Notes: generated from the sequence alone by a model not told the origin. A DNA stretch of 38,183 nucleotides from Candidatus Moranbacteria bacterium CG23_combo_of_CG06-09_8_20_14_all_35_22 (GCA_002772115.1 PCRW01000068.1:1-38183); one strand, 5' to 3'. Shown: positions 24,765 through 34,488, counted from the first letter of the stretch. A program made the numbers and translations.

Positions 24765-25925
24765 ATGAAAATTGGCATTGACATTCGAAATATTGGCAAA
24801 AAAAGAACTGGCGACGAGGTGGTATTTTTCAATTTGACCAAAAATTTGGCTAAAATTGATAATGAGAATGAATATAAATTATTTACTGACATAACTGACA
24901 AAAATATTTTAGAAAGAGTTGGAAAAGATTTAGAAATCACAGATAAAAATAATTTTGAAATAATTTCACTGGAAGCTAAAAATAAATTCAGTTGGAATTT
25001 TTGGACGCTTCCGAAATATTTGCGAAAAAAACCAGTTGATGTTTATCTCACGCAATACATCACGCCGTGGTTTGTGCCAAATAAAGTGAAAATTATCACC
25101 ATTATTCATGATATTTCCTTCAATTTTTATCCGCAATTTATAAAAAAGTCAGATTTATTTTTTCTAAAAAGCTTAATTCCCTTGAGTCTAGAAAGAGCGG
25201 ACAAAATTTTGGCCGTTTCGCGCTTTACACAGGATGAAATAATTAAATATTATAAAATTGATCCCAAAAAAATTGATTGGTTTCATAATGCAGTTTCAGA
25301 TGATTTTTTGGTGCAAGATATATCAGAGGAAAAAATAAAAATAATCAAGAAAAAATACAATCTTCCAGAAAGATATATTCTATATCTTGGCACCTTACAA
25401 CCAAGGAAAAATATTCCAGCGCTTATTGAAGCGTTTGCTTTGCTAAAAGTAGAACTCGACTTGAAATTAAAACTTAATTTTACAAAGTTGGTTATCGCCG
25501 GAGGGAAAGGACATAATTATGACAAACTCATAGATGAAGTTGTTAGGGAAAATAATTTATCCGAGGATGTTTTTTTTCCTGGGTACATTGACGAAGATGA
25601 TAAGGCAGGAATATTGAAAGGGGCGGATATTTTTGTTTTCCCTTCATTTTATGAAGGATTTGGCATGCCAATTATCGAAGCAATGTCACTGGGAGTGCCA
25701 ACAATAGTTTCCGATATTCCACCTCACCAAGAAATAGCGGGTGATGCAGTGCTATATTTCAAACCGGAAATCCCTGGTGAGCTCACGCAAAAAATCAAAG
25801 AAATAATTAGCAGTGAAGTTGTGAGAGATAATGCATCGCGAAACGGAAAATTTCAAGCCCAAAATTTTTCTTGGGAAAAAAGCGCCCGAAAAATGCTGGA
25901 AATTTTTTCCCAGATGGTTGGTTGA
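24765..25925 (+). CDS. GT4-family glycosyltransferase
   Basis: FPSFYEGFGMPIIEAMSLGVPTIVSD. It is a paralogue of 21786-23003 without the inserts. Confidence 0.85.
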   Translation: MKIGIDIRNIGKKRTGDEVVFFNLTKNLAKIDNENEYKLFTDITDKNILERVGKDLEITDKNNFEIISLEAKNKFSWNFWTLPKYLRKKPVDVYLTQYITPWFVPNKVKIITIIHDISFNFYPQFIKKSDLFFLKSLIPLSLERADKILAVSRFTQDEIIKYYKIDPKKIDWFHNAVSDDFLVQDISEEKIKIIKKKYNLPERYILYLGTLQPRKNIPALIEAFALLKVELDLKLKLNFTKLVIAGGKGHNYDKLIDEVVRENNLSEDVFFPGYIDEDDKAGILKGADIFVFPSFYEGFGMPIIEAMSLGVPTIVSDIPPHQEIAGDAVLYFKPEIPGELTQKIKEIISSEVVRDNASRNGKFQAQNFSWEKSARKMLEIFSQMVG

Positions 25926-26010
25926 CTAAATGAAAAATTGTAAGTAGAATAATAACAATTGCCGAATCGATGATTTGGCAGTATTAATTTAAATTAAATA
26001 AAATAAAAAA

Positions 26011-27198
26011 ATGGCGTACATAGGAAATGATTATAATTCAAAAGAAAAAAGTCAACAAAAATTTTATAAAAAAAGATGGTTTAAAATTTTTGCGGTTGTC
26101 GTAATAATCTTACTTTTAGGCGGAGGAATTTTTATTTGGAAAACCGGAGGAATACTGAATAAAATTTCCAAAGGTGGAATGTTTCAGGCTTTGGTAAAAA
26201 ATATTCCAGGAGTCAATAATGAAATCAAAGGAGAAAAGGAAGGAAGAATCAATGTTTTAGTTTTGGGAATGCGTGGAGAAAATATCCCCAGTGGCGGGCT
26301 TTTGGCGGATACAATCATAGTGGCTAGTATTATTCCTAAAGAAAATAAAGTTTCAATGATTTCAATTCCGCGCGATTTATATGTGAACAATCCTAGTTGG
26401 GGAAACAAGAGTAAAGTTAATGCCGTTTATGTGGCTGGCGAAGAAAATGGCAAAAAACAAGGTTTGGAAGATATGAAAAAAGTGGCGCAGGAAGTGACGG
26501 GACTGCCGATTCATTACAGCGCCAGTATAAATTTTGCTGGCTTCAAACAGATTATTGATGCTATCGGTGGAGTAGAGATAACATTAGATGAGTCTTTTCA
26601 AGAACCAATACAATTCAATGAACCACATGTTTGTGATAGTCATGTTTTTACCATTCCAACCGGAAAATTTGAAATTAAGAAAAATAAAACCGGTCGAATT
26701 ACCGCCCAGTATCCGCTTTGCACCAATCCCGTCAAGGAATGTGGAGGAAATTTTAGCTTGCCAGCTGGCAAACAAACTTTAAATGGAGAAAAAGCTTTGT
26801 GTTATGTCCGTTCTCGAGCGACTTCCAGCGATTTCGAAAGAGCTAAACGGCAACAAATAATAATTCAATTAGTCAAAGATAAAATGTTTAGCACGGGAAC
26901 ACTTACGGATTTTTCAAAAATTAACGGTATATTAAACGCCTTGGGAAATAATGTGAGAACTGATATGGAACTTTGGGAAATGCAAAGATTTTATGAAATT
27001 TATAAAAATATTTCCAATTTGCAAATTTATCAAAGAGTTTTAGAAAACAGTGCAGAGGGGTTGCTATACAATCCAACCGATATACCTAAAGAAGTTGGCT
27101 ATATACTTCTTCCAATTGGAGGAAATTATAATAGTATTTATCAAATGGCAAAAGATATTTTTACTTTACCAGCGCAATCAGACATAAAACCAAAATAA
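26011..27198 (+). CDS. LytR-CpsA-Psr (LCP) family glycopolymer phosphotransferase
   Basis: N-terminal TM helix, then INVLVLGMRGE, ADTIIVASI and ISIPRDLYV, with a conserved Arg further on (YVRSR). Confidence 0.85.
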   Translation: MAYIGNDYNSKEKSQQKFYKKRWFKIFAVVVIILLLGGGIFIWKTGGILNKISKGGMFQALVKNIPGVNNEIKGEKEGRINVLVLGMRGENIPSGGLLADTIIVASIIPKENKVSMISIPRDLYVNNPSWGNKSKVNAVYVAGEENGKKQGLEDMKKVAQEVTGLPIHYSASINFAGFKQIIDAIGGVEITLDESFQEPIQFNEPHVCDSHVFTIPTGKFEIKKNKTGRITAQYPLCTNPVKECGGNFSLPAGKQTLNGEKALCYVRSRATSSDFERAKRQQIIIQLVKDKMFSTGTLTDFSKINGILNALGNNVRTDMELWEMQRFYEIYKNISNLQIYQRVLENSAEGLLYNPTDIPKEVGYILLPIGGNYNSIYQMAKDIFTLPAQSDIKPK

Positions 27199-28007
27199 TG
27201 GAATTATCTATCATCATTACTAGCTATAAAAATCCACAACTTTTGAAAGTTTGCCTTGATTCAATTAGGGAAAATTATAGCGGAGCTGATTATGAAATTA
27301 TTGTGGCAGATAGCGAAACAGAGGAAAATACGGAAATGATGATGAGAGAAGAATATTCGGAAATAATATTTATTCCTGCAAAAGAAAATATCGGCTTTAG
27401 TGGAACAGTCAATGCCGGATACAAAAAAGTCAAAGGTGACTTTGTGCTTATCTTGAATGGTGATACGATAATAAAAAAAGATTCCATTGAAAAATTATTA
27501 AATTATCTAAAAAACAATCCGAAAGTTGGTATCGTTGGTCCGCGTCTTATTGGTTTCAATGAAAAGTCACAAGATTCTTGTTTCCGCTATTATACTCCGC
27601 TAACCATACTTTATCGTCGGACATTTTTGGGCAAACTTGGTTTTGCCAAAAAACATTCAGATAATTTTCTAATGAGGGATTATGATCACAAAGAAACGAA
27701 GGAAGTTGATTGGATTCAAGGGTCGGTAATGATGACCAAAAAAGAAATTATGGATAAAGTTGGACCAATGGATGAAAAATTTAAGTTATATTTTGAAGAT
27801 GTTGATTGGTGTCGAAGATTTTGGGAAAAGGATTACAAGGTTATTTATTTTCCAGATGCTCAAATTTATCATTATCATGGTCGAGGAAGTGTTGGAAAAA
27901 ATGTTATTCAGGCTTTGCTTTTCAATCGTTTAGCTTGGCTACATATAAAAAGCGCTATGAGATATTTTTGGAAATATTGGGGCAAGCCTTTGCCAAAACA
28001 TAATTAG
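27198..28007 (+). CDS. GT2-family glycosyltransferase (soluble, rhamnosyltransferase-like)
   Basis: LSIIITSYKNPQLLKVCLDSI, LILNGDT and FEDVDWCRR. Its start overlaps the LCP stop by 1 nt. Confidence 0.8.
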   Translation: MELSIIITSYKNPQLLKVCLDSIRENYSGADYEIIVADSETEENTEMMMREEYSEIIFIPAKENIGFSGTVNAGYKKVKGDFVLILNGDTIIKKDSIEKLLNYLKNNPKVGIVGPRLIGFNEKSQDSCFRYYTPLTILYRRTFLGKLGFAKKHSDNFLMRDYDHKETKEVDWIQGSVMMTKKEIMDKVGPMDEKFKLYFEDVDWCRRFWEKDYKVIYFPDAQIYHYHGRGSVGKNVIQALLFNRLAWLHIKSAMRYFWKYWGKPLPKHN

Positions 28008-28031
28008 CAGTATGCGAATAAAGTATAAAAA

Positions 28032-29366
28032 ATGAATCAAGAAAATTTTAAAGAAAAAATAAATCAAGAAATAATCGGAGAGAAAGAGAAAAGAGAAAAA
28101 GAAAATCTGGAGAAAAATCTCCGGCTTTTTAAAAAATATGTATTTTTTTCAGTGGTTGTAATTTTTTTGATCATCAGTTTTTTCCTTGGTTATAAAAAGG
28201 GGCAAGACGAAACGCATTCAAAAAACAGAGAAGTTTTGTTGGAAAAAGCAATTATTGAAAATAAAGCCCTTCCACAAGGGGAAAAAGTTGATTTTGCCAT
28301 TTTTTGGAAAGTTTGGGAGTTGGTCAAAGAAAAGCATGTGGAAAAAAATAATTTAGATGCGCAAAAAATGGTTTATGGAGCGATTAATGGAATGCTTAGC
28401 GCTACAGGAGATCCTTACTCGAGTTTTTTTAATCCCGAGGAAAGTAGAATGTTTTCGCAGGATATTGCCGGATCATTTGATGGTATTGGAGCAGAACTGG
28501 GAATAAAAGATGAAATTTTGACTATTATTGCTCCACTGGACGGTTCTCCAGCGCAAAAATCCGGACTTCGCAGCGGGGATAAAATTTTGAAAATTGATGG
28601 CAAGTCATCGTTGGATCTGACAATTGATCAAGCAGTGAATCTTATCAGGGGGAAAAAGGGCACTTCTGTTGAATTGACAATTTTTCATGAAAATGATCAA
28701 GAGACCGTGGAAGTGACTGTAATTAGAGATACGATAAAATTAGATAGCGCCAAGGTAGAATTTAAGGATGATGGCATCGCGTATCTAAAAATAATCAAAT
28801 TTTCTGATGATGTGGATGATCAATTTAATTTGGCAATGAATAAGATTATTACTAATAAAAGCAAAGGTATAATTTTAGATCTTCGCGATAATCCCGGTGG
28901 TCTTTTGGATAAATCAATTTCTATTGCCAGTCGGATGATGCCGAAAGGTAAAATAGTTGTTTTGGAAGAAGATAGTAGCGGCAAGAAAGAAAATATTTAT
29001 ACTTTTGGCGGAGATAAATTGAGTTCGATTCCTATGGTGGCGCTTATCAATGAAGGCAGTGCTAGCGCTTCGGAAATTTTAGCCGGAGCTTTGCGGGATA
29101 ATCAGGAAATAGTTTTAATTGGTGAAAAAACATTTGGCAAGGGAAGTGTTCAAGAACTAGTTGATCTGCCAGATGGATCAAGCGTCAAAATTACTGTGGC
29201 CAAATGGCTCACGCCCAAAGGAGAGTATATTATGGACAAAGGAATTTCTCCTGATATTGAAATCAAAATGACACCGGAAGATTATGAAAATAAACGCGAC
29301 CCGCAATTGGAAAAAGCGCTGGAAGAAATAAAGAAAATCAGAACCACTGACCTGCCTCGCCGGTAG
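28032..29366 (+). CDS. ctpA: Carboxy-terminal processing protease (peptidase S41) with a PDZ domain
   Basis: PDZ domain (GLRSGDKILKIDG). S41 core NPGG, GSASASEILAG and TFGKGSVQ. The last five codons and the stop lie inside a dispersed 21-nt repeat. Confidence 0.85.
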   Translation: MNQENFKEKINQEIIGEKEKREKENLEKNLRLFKKYVFFSVVVIFLIISFFLGYKKGQDETHSKNREVLLEKAIIENKALPQGEKVDFAIFWKVWELVKEKHVEKNNLDAQKMVYGAINGMLSATGDPYSSFFNPEESRMFSQDIAGSFDGIGAELGIKDEILTIIAPLDGSPAQKSGLRSGDKILKIDGKSSLDLTIDQAVNLIRGKKGTSVELTIFHENDQETVEVTVIRDTIKLDSAKVEFKDDGIAYLKIIKFSDDVDDQFNLAMNKIITNKSKGIILDLRDNPGGLLDKSISIASRMMPKGKIVVLEEDSSGKKENIYTFGGDKLSSIPMVALINEGSASASEILAGALRDNQEIVLIGEKTFGKGSVQELVDLPDGSSVKITVAKWLTPKGEYIMDKGISPDIEIKMTPEDYENKRDPQLEKALEEIKKIRTTDLPRR

Positions 29367-29371
29367 GCGGG
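29351..29371. repeat. 21-nt repeat, the exact reverse complement of 23739-23759, spanning the ctpA stop codon
   Basis: cctgcctcgccggtaggcggg. It encodes LPRR plus the TAG stop of ctpA. Confidence 0.9.
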
Positions 29372-29456
29372 TTAGCACGTGATTACCTTGACGACACATG
29401 ATTAAAATTCAGTGAAATCATGTGAGCTCAGTGATAATCTGTGGTTCAGACAATAT

Positions 29457-29897
29457 ATGAAAATTATTCTATTTCAAGACATCAAAAGTTTAGGAAAAAA
29501 AGGAGACATTAAGGAGGTCGCGGAAGGCTATGCGCGGAATTTTTTGTTTCCTAAAAAAATAGCCCAGATTGCTACGGAAAGTGCTATTAAACAAATGGAA
29601 ATTCAAAAAGAGCGTGAAAAAAGCCTTGAATTAGCCAAAAATATTGAGCTTAAAAGTTTAGCCGAAAAGATTAAAGGCAAAAAAATAGTCATTACCGCCA
29701 AGGAAAAGAACGGAAAACTTTTTGGTTCAATCACAATTAAAAATATCGAGGAGGCGCTAAAAAAAGAAGGCTTGAATATTTTACCTTCTTCGATTATAAT
29801 AAAAGAGGTAATAAAAAAAGTGGGAGAATATGAAATTGAGATAAAATTAACCGAAAAGATTAAAGAAAAAATAAAAATAGAAATTAAGGGAGCCTAG
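29457..29897 (+). CDS. rplI: 50S ribosomal protein L9
   Basis: MKIILFQDIKSLGKKGDIKEVAEGYARNFLFPKKIA. The ATG at 29457 is preferred over the upstream GTG at 29412. Confidence 0.9.
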   Translation: MKIILFQDIKSLGKKGDIKEVAEGYARNFLFPKKIAQIATESAIKQMEIQKEREKSLELAKNIELKSLAEKIKGKKIVITAKEKNGKLFGSITIKNIEEALKKEGLNILPSSIIIKEVIKKVGEYEIEIKLTEKIKEKIKIEIKGA

Positions 29898-29960
29898 TTT
29901 TATTTAAGCAGTTTTAATAAATTATTTTTTAGGGGTCGTGCTTTAGCGACTTTTATATTT

Positions 29961-31613
29961 ATGAAAAACAGAAAATATATTTTTGTCGTCGGGGGCGTGA
30001 TGAGTGGAGTGGGTAAAGGAATAACTACTTCGGCGATTGGAGCAATTCTTCAAGCACGCGGGTTTAATGTAACAGCAATAAAAATCGATCCTTATATCAA
30101 TGTTGACGCTGGCACAATGAACCCAACTGAACACGGAGAAGTTTTTGTGTTGGATGATGGCGATGAAACTGATCAGGATATGGGAAATTATGAAAGATTT
30201 TTAAATATCACTTTGCCTCGCGATAATTATATGACTACGGGAAGAGTGTATGAAACAGTGATTCATAAAGAAAGAAACTTAGAGTACAACGGAAAATGTG
30301 TAGAAGTTGTGCCACATATTCCAATGGAAGTTATCGAACGGATTGAAAAAGCTTCCAAGAAGGCTGATTCTGATGTGACGATGATTGAAATCGGTGGAAC
30401 GGTCGGTGAATATCAAAATATTCTTTTTTTGGAAGCGGCCAGAATGATGAAGATAAAACATCCAGACGATGTGTTATTTGTGATGGTGAGTTATTTGCCA
30501 ATTCCTTCCAAGGTGGGAGAAATGAAAACCAAACCAACGCAATATGCTGTGCGAACACTTAATAGCGCTGGAATTTTGCCAGATGTGATTATCGCCAGAA
30601 GCGATACGCGCTTAGATCAAAAAAGAAAAGAAAAAATTGCAATGTTTTGTAATATTCCGGAAAGATATGTAATTTCTGCCCCAGATATCGAGAGCATCTA
30701 TGAAGTTGGAATAAATTTTGAACGGGATGATTTGAGTTGGTTGCTTTTGAAAAAATTAGGTTTATCGTACAAAAAAACTGATCTGAAAAAATGGTATGAT
30801 CTTTTGGAAAAAATCAAAAATCCTAAGGGAGAAGTGAAAATTGGAATAGTAGGAAAATATTTTGGTACAGGCGATTTTGTGCTTTCAGATGCGTATATTA
30901 GTGTAATTGAGGCGGTTAAGCACGCGGCTTATAAACTTCAAGTAAAACCAAAAATAAGTTGGGTAAATAGCGAGGCTTTCGAAAAAGAACCGGAAAAATT
31001 AGAAGAGCTGAAAAATTATGACGGGGTAATTATCCCTGGGGGCTTTGGTTCACGAGGAATTGAAGGAAAAATAAAAGCTATTCAATTTTTGCGAGAAAAT
31101 AAAATTCCTTTTTTTGGACTTTGTTATGGAATGCAACTAGCGGTGGTTGAATACGCGAGAAATATTTTGGGGCTCAAGGATGCCAACACGACTGAAATTG
31201 ATAGGGAAACAAAAAATCCGGTAATTGATATTATGCCGGAACAAAAAAAGAATCTAGCCGATCATAATTTTGGAGCTACAATGCGATTGGGTGCTTATAC
31301 GGCTGTTCTTGAAAAAAAGACCATGGCCTATCAAGCTTATGGAAAAAATAAAATTTCCGAACGCCATCGCCATCGCTGGGAAGTTAATCCGGAGTATATT
31401 GAAAGATTAGAAAAGGCTGGTTTAGTTTTTTCTGGAAAGTCAGCCGATAGAAAACTTATGGAAATAGTCGAACTGCCGATAGACAGACATCCATTTTTTC
31501 TGGGAACTCAATTCCATCCAGAATTTAAATCAGATCCGATAAATTCCCATCCTTTATTTTTTGAATTTATAAAAGCGAGCCACTTGCGAATTGTCGCGAA
31601 TAAAAAACAATAA
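29961..31613 (+). CDS. pyrG: CTP synthase
   Basis: KYIFVVGGVMSGVGKGITTSAIG. GATase domain motifs GLCYGMQ and HRHRWEVN. Confidence 0.95.
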   Translation: MKNRKYIFVVGGVMSGVGKGITTSAIGAILQARGFNVTAIKIDPYINVDAGTMNPTEHGEVFVLDDGDETDQDMGNYERFLNITLPRDNYMTTGRVYETVIHKERNLEYNGKCVEVVPHIPMEVIERIEKASKKADSDVTMIEIGGTVGEYQNILFLEAARMMKIKHPDDVLFVMVSYLPIPSKVGEMKTKPTQYAVRTLNSAGILPDVIIARSDTRLDQKRKEKIAMFCNIPERYVISAPDIESIYEVGINFERDDLSWLLLKKLGLSYKKTDLKKWYDLLEKIKNPKGEVKIGIVGKYFGTGDFVLSDAYISVIEAVKHAAYKLQVKPKISWVNSEAFEKEPEKLEELKNYDGVIIPGGFGSRGIEGKIKAIQFLRENKIPFFGLCYGMQLAVVEYARNILGLKDANTTEIDRETKNPVIDIMPEQKKNLADHNFGATMRLGAYTAVLEKKTMAYQAYGKNKISERHRHRWEVNPEYIERLEKAGLVFSGKSADRKLMEIVELPIDRHPFFLGTQFHPEFKSDPINSHPLFFEFIKASHLRIVANKKQ

Positions 31614-31621
31614 GCACGAAT

Positions 31622-31655
31622 AAAAAAACGAACCTTTCAATAAGTTCGTTTTTTT
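31622..31655. terminator. Bidirectional intrinsic terminator between convergent pyrG and rpmA
   Basis: aaaaaaacgaac-ctttcaataa-gttcgttttttt: a 7-bp stem flanked by an A-run and a T-run. Confidence 0.6.
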
Positions 31656-31681
31656 AGTTTATATGCGTTGTATGTTCATGT

Positions 31682-31954
31682 CTATTCTACAGAAACAAAT
31701 TTTTTGGAAATCATTTTTCCGGTAAATTTTATGACTTTTTTAGCCTTAAATTTAACTACGCCTTCTTTCATTGCAAAAAGAGTGTCATCTTCCGCGCGTT
31801 TAACATTTTTTCCGGGTCGGAATTTTGTTCCTCTTTGACGAACGATGATTTGTCCGGGAGCGACTTTTTCTCCGGCAAATTTTTTCACTCCAAGTCTTTT
31901 CGAAATCGAATCTCGTCCCAGTTGAGTGGAACCACCTGCTTTACGATGCGCCAT
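31682..31954 (-). CDS. rpmA: 50S ribosomal protein L27
   Basis: [29 protein letters not shown]...RQRGTKF. Confidence 0.95.
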   Translation of the reverse strand: MAHRKAGGSTQLGRDSISKRLGVKKFAGEKVAPGQIIVRQRGTKFRPGKNVKRAEDDTLFAMKEGVVKFKAKKVIKFTGKMISKKFVSVE

Positions 31955-32160
31955 AATTGTCTGCGAATATAATGAGCAGGAACAATTATGAGCGTCCCTG
32001 CACCTATTCTTAAATTAATCTTTATAATAAAAACAAATAAAGCCGAAGGCGTTTCCGTGACTATGCCTAAAAATTAGCAGAAAACTAATTTTGGAATAGG
32101 TGTGGGAAGCCAAGCTTTTAAGTATAATTAAGCTTACCAATTATATGCTATAATGTCAAT

Positions 32161-32559
32161 ATGAATAGTAAAGTAAAAGATTTTTGGCAAAAATACGAAT
32201 ATAAAATAGTCCTTGCGGTGGGCTTTGTTTTGGTAGCGGTAGTTTCTTTTGAAGGGGGAATTTTGAAAGGTCAAAAATTATCCCAAAATCCAGTGATTAT
32301 TGAAAAATCGATAGAGAACGCAGTGCCCATTGAAAATAATATTAATTCAGCAGTTCAAGGTGTTTCACAGAGCCAAAATTTGCCCACTGAAGTGAAAAAT
32401 AAGGATTGCGCCCTTGTAGGGTCAAAAAATTCTAACAAATATCATCTGCCGACTTGTCGTTATGCCAAATCTATCAAACCAGAAAACCGTGTTTGCTTTT
32501 CTTCCGAAGATGATGCAAAATCAAAAGGGTATCTGCCGGATAAAAATTGTATAAAATAA
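32161..32559 (+). CDS. Membrane-anchored protein with a C-terminal Cys-rich YHxPxC-type (Ada-Zn-like) domain
   Basis: N-terminal TM helix (IVLAVGFVLVAVVSF). The C-terminus reads CALVGSKNSNKYHLPTCRYAKSI...CF.SEDDAKSKGY.PDKNC. Confidence 0.6.
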   Translation: MNSKVKDFWQKYEYKIVLAVGFVLVAVVSFEGGILKGQKLSQNPVIIEKSIENAVPIENNINSAVQGVSQSQNLPTEVKNKDCALVGSKNSNKYHLPTCRYAKSIKPENRVCFSSEDDAKSKGYLPDKNCIK

Positions 32560-32567
32560 TTAACCGA

Positions 32568-32601
32568 TGCGAAACTACGAATCGTATGCGAATCTACGAA
32601 C
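32568..32601. repeat. T(A/G)CGAA(N) heptamer array upstream of pyrH
   Basis: tgcgaaa at 32568, tacgaat at 32576, tgcgaat at 32587 and tacgaac at 32595. Confidence 0.75.
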
Positions 32602-32615
32602 AAAATTAAAACACT

Positions 32616-33323
32616 ATGAATAATAAAAACGATATCATTGTAATTTCTCTTGGAGGATCATTGATCGTTCCAAAAAGAATTGATTGGCGATTTTTGAAAA
32701 AATTTCGCGAGTTGATTATTTGCGAAATTAAAAAAGGCAAAAGATTTGCAATTATCACGGGTGGGGGATATGCGGCGCGGGAATACGCCCAAGTGGCGTC
32801 AAAAGTTACAAAACTCACTCGAGATGACTTAGATTGGCTAGGCATTCATACAACCAGACTCAATGTGCATTTAATCAAAACTATTTTCAGGCAATACGCT
32901 AATCCGCGAATAAATAAAAATCCAAGGACAAAAGAAAATTTAACTAGTCATTTTGCCAAAGGCGAGGGGATTATGGTCGCGGCTGGCTGGCGACCAGGCT
33001 GGTCAACGGATTTTGTGGCGACAATTATCGCCGAGCGACTTGGCGCCAAAAAACTCATCAATCTTTCCAACATCAAATACGCTTATGATAAAGATCCGAA
33101 AAAATATCCAGATGCCAAAATAATCAAAGAAATTAATTGGAAAAATTTCAGAAAGATTGTTGGTAATCGTTGGGACCCAGGACTCAATATGCCTTTTGAT
33201 CCAGTGGCTTCAAAACTAGCGCAGAAAAACAAATTGGAAGTTATCATTGCCGAAGGCAAGAATCTAAAAAATTTGAAAAATATTTTAGAAGAGAAAAAAT
33301 TTCAAGGGACGGTGATAAAATAA
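32616..33323 (+). CDS. pyrH: UMP kinase, archaeal-type (amino-acid-kinase fold)
   Basis: IVISLGGSLIVP and ITGGGYAAREY. About 235 aa, and it lacks the bacterial KLSGE-type N-terminus. Confidence 0.75.
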   Translation: MNNKNDIIVISLGGSLIVPKRIDWRFLKKFRELIICEIKKGKRFAIITGGGYAAREYAQVASKVTKLTRDDLDWLGIHTTRLNVHLIKTIFRQYANPRINKNPRTKENLTSHFAKGEGIMVAAGWRPGWSTDFVATIIAERLGAKKLINLSNIKYAYDKDPKKYPDAKIIKEINWKNFRKIVGNRWDPGLNMPFDPVASKLAQKNKLEVIIAEGKNLKNLKNILEEKKFQGTVIK

Positions 33324-33559
33324 TGAAAAAGTTTTTAATAAGTATAAGTGCGATATTTTTTATAATTGCAATTGGATTGTTTTTTATCTTTGATGCAAAT
33401 AAGGAGAAAATAATGACAAACCCCTATATAAAATCAATTGTACAAAAAATAGCCGATTTTATTTATACTGAAGCTGGAAAGCACAATCCCCAAGGCGATA
33501 TATTGCCAGATAAGGTGGATGACGATATAATTAAGGAAATAAAGAAAAAAATTAATTAA
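33323..33559 (+). CDS. Small membrane-anchored hypothetical protein
   Basis: 78 aa with one N-terminal TM helix. Its start overlaps the pyrH stop by 1 nt. Confidence 0.5.
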   Translation: MKKFLISISAIFFIIAIGLFFIFDANKEKIMTNPYIKSIVQKIADFIYTEAGKHNPQGDILPDKVDDDIIKEIKKKIN

Positions 33560-33564
33560 AAAAT

Positions 33565-33954
33565 ATGAACAAAAGAATAATTAGCAATATAATATTTTCT
33601 GTAATTTTAGTTTTAATGGTCTTAATTTTTTTAGATTTTATTGGTATTTTTAATATTTTTTATTATGATAGACATCCTTTATTATTATGCCCAGGACAAA
33701 ATAAATATTGGAAAGATATATTTAATTCAGGAGTGCTATTTGACGAAAATAAGTTCGATGCTTATCAAGGTATTTTAAATATTATTATCTTTGTATTATA
33801 TCCAATTATATATTTAGTATTTGAAATACAATATTTTAGAAAAAAAAGATTAACGCTATTGGCAGTTTTTTTAACAATTTTTTTCATTGCATATTTTATT
33901 AATATTATTTCTTATGAATGTTGGGCGGAGTTTTTTAATTTTGATCCTTACTAG
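33565..33954 (+). CDS. Hypothetical integral membrane protein
   Basis: 129 aa with 3-4 hydrophobic segments. It begins 5 nt after the previous ORF. Confidence 0.5.
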   Translation: MNKRIISNIIFSVILVLMVLIFLDFIGIFNIFYYDRHPLLLCPGQNKYWKDIFNSGVLFDENKFDAYQGILNIIIFVLYPIIYLVFEIQYFRKKRLTLLAVFLTIFFIAYFINIISYECWAEFFNFDPY

Positions 33955-34412
33955 TCCTTACTAGTTTGTTTGAAATTTATCTTTTTATATTTCAACAAAA
34001 AATAAATCAAGAAATAAAAAACCAAAGAAATTGCTCCAGCGATTATTATGAAGCCAACACTTAAAGGCAATAATAATTTCAAAATAATAGTTTCGGAAAA
34101 AAATTGTTTGAAAGCAAGTGGATAAGTTTGATTGAAATTGACAATAAGTTCTTGCATTTCAACTCCAAAAATCCAACTTCCCAATTTGACGGCAAAGGGC
34201 ATAATTAAAATTGATGTCCAAAAATTAGTCGCTAATACTCCGGCAACAGCGGATAAACGGTTCACTCTTATTATCCAAGCAATTACAATAGCGGTTAAAA
34301 TTCCCCCCGGAATAATTCCCAAAAAAATTCCCAAAGCCGCTCCCGCAGCAACTTTATGCGGAGTGTCATCGATGAGAAAGAATTTTTTGAAAAAAGTTTT
34401 TAATTTATGCAT
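33951..34412 (-). CDS. DUF2062-like small integral membrane protein
   Basis: FFLIDDTPHKVAAGAALGIFLGIIP, followed by 3-4 TM helices. Confidence 0.6.
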   Translation of the reverse strand: MHKLKTFFKKFFLIDDTPHKVAAGAALGIFLGIIPGGILTAIVIAWIIRVNRLSAVAGVLATNFWTSILIMPFAVKLGSWIFGVEMQELIVNFNQTYPLAFKQFFSETIILKLLLPLSVGFIIIAGAISLVFYFLIYFLLKYKKINFKQTSKD

Positions 34413-34426
34413 ATAAATTGCTATAG

Positions 34427-34451
34427 GGATCCTGAAATAAATTCAGGATGA
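34427..34451. repeat. 25-bp inverted-repeat arm (left) flanking the nuclease gene; itself a hairpin or operator-like palindrome
   Basis: gatcctgaaataaattcaggatgac is the exact reverse complement of 35656-35680. Confidence 0.85.
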
Positions 34452-34488
34452 CAAAAACACAAGTTCAGGATGATTCCACTAAGCGGAA

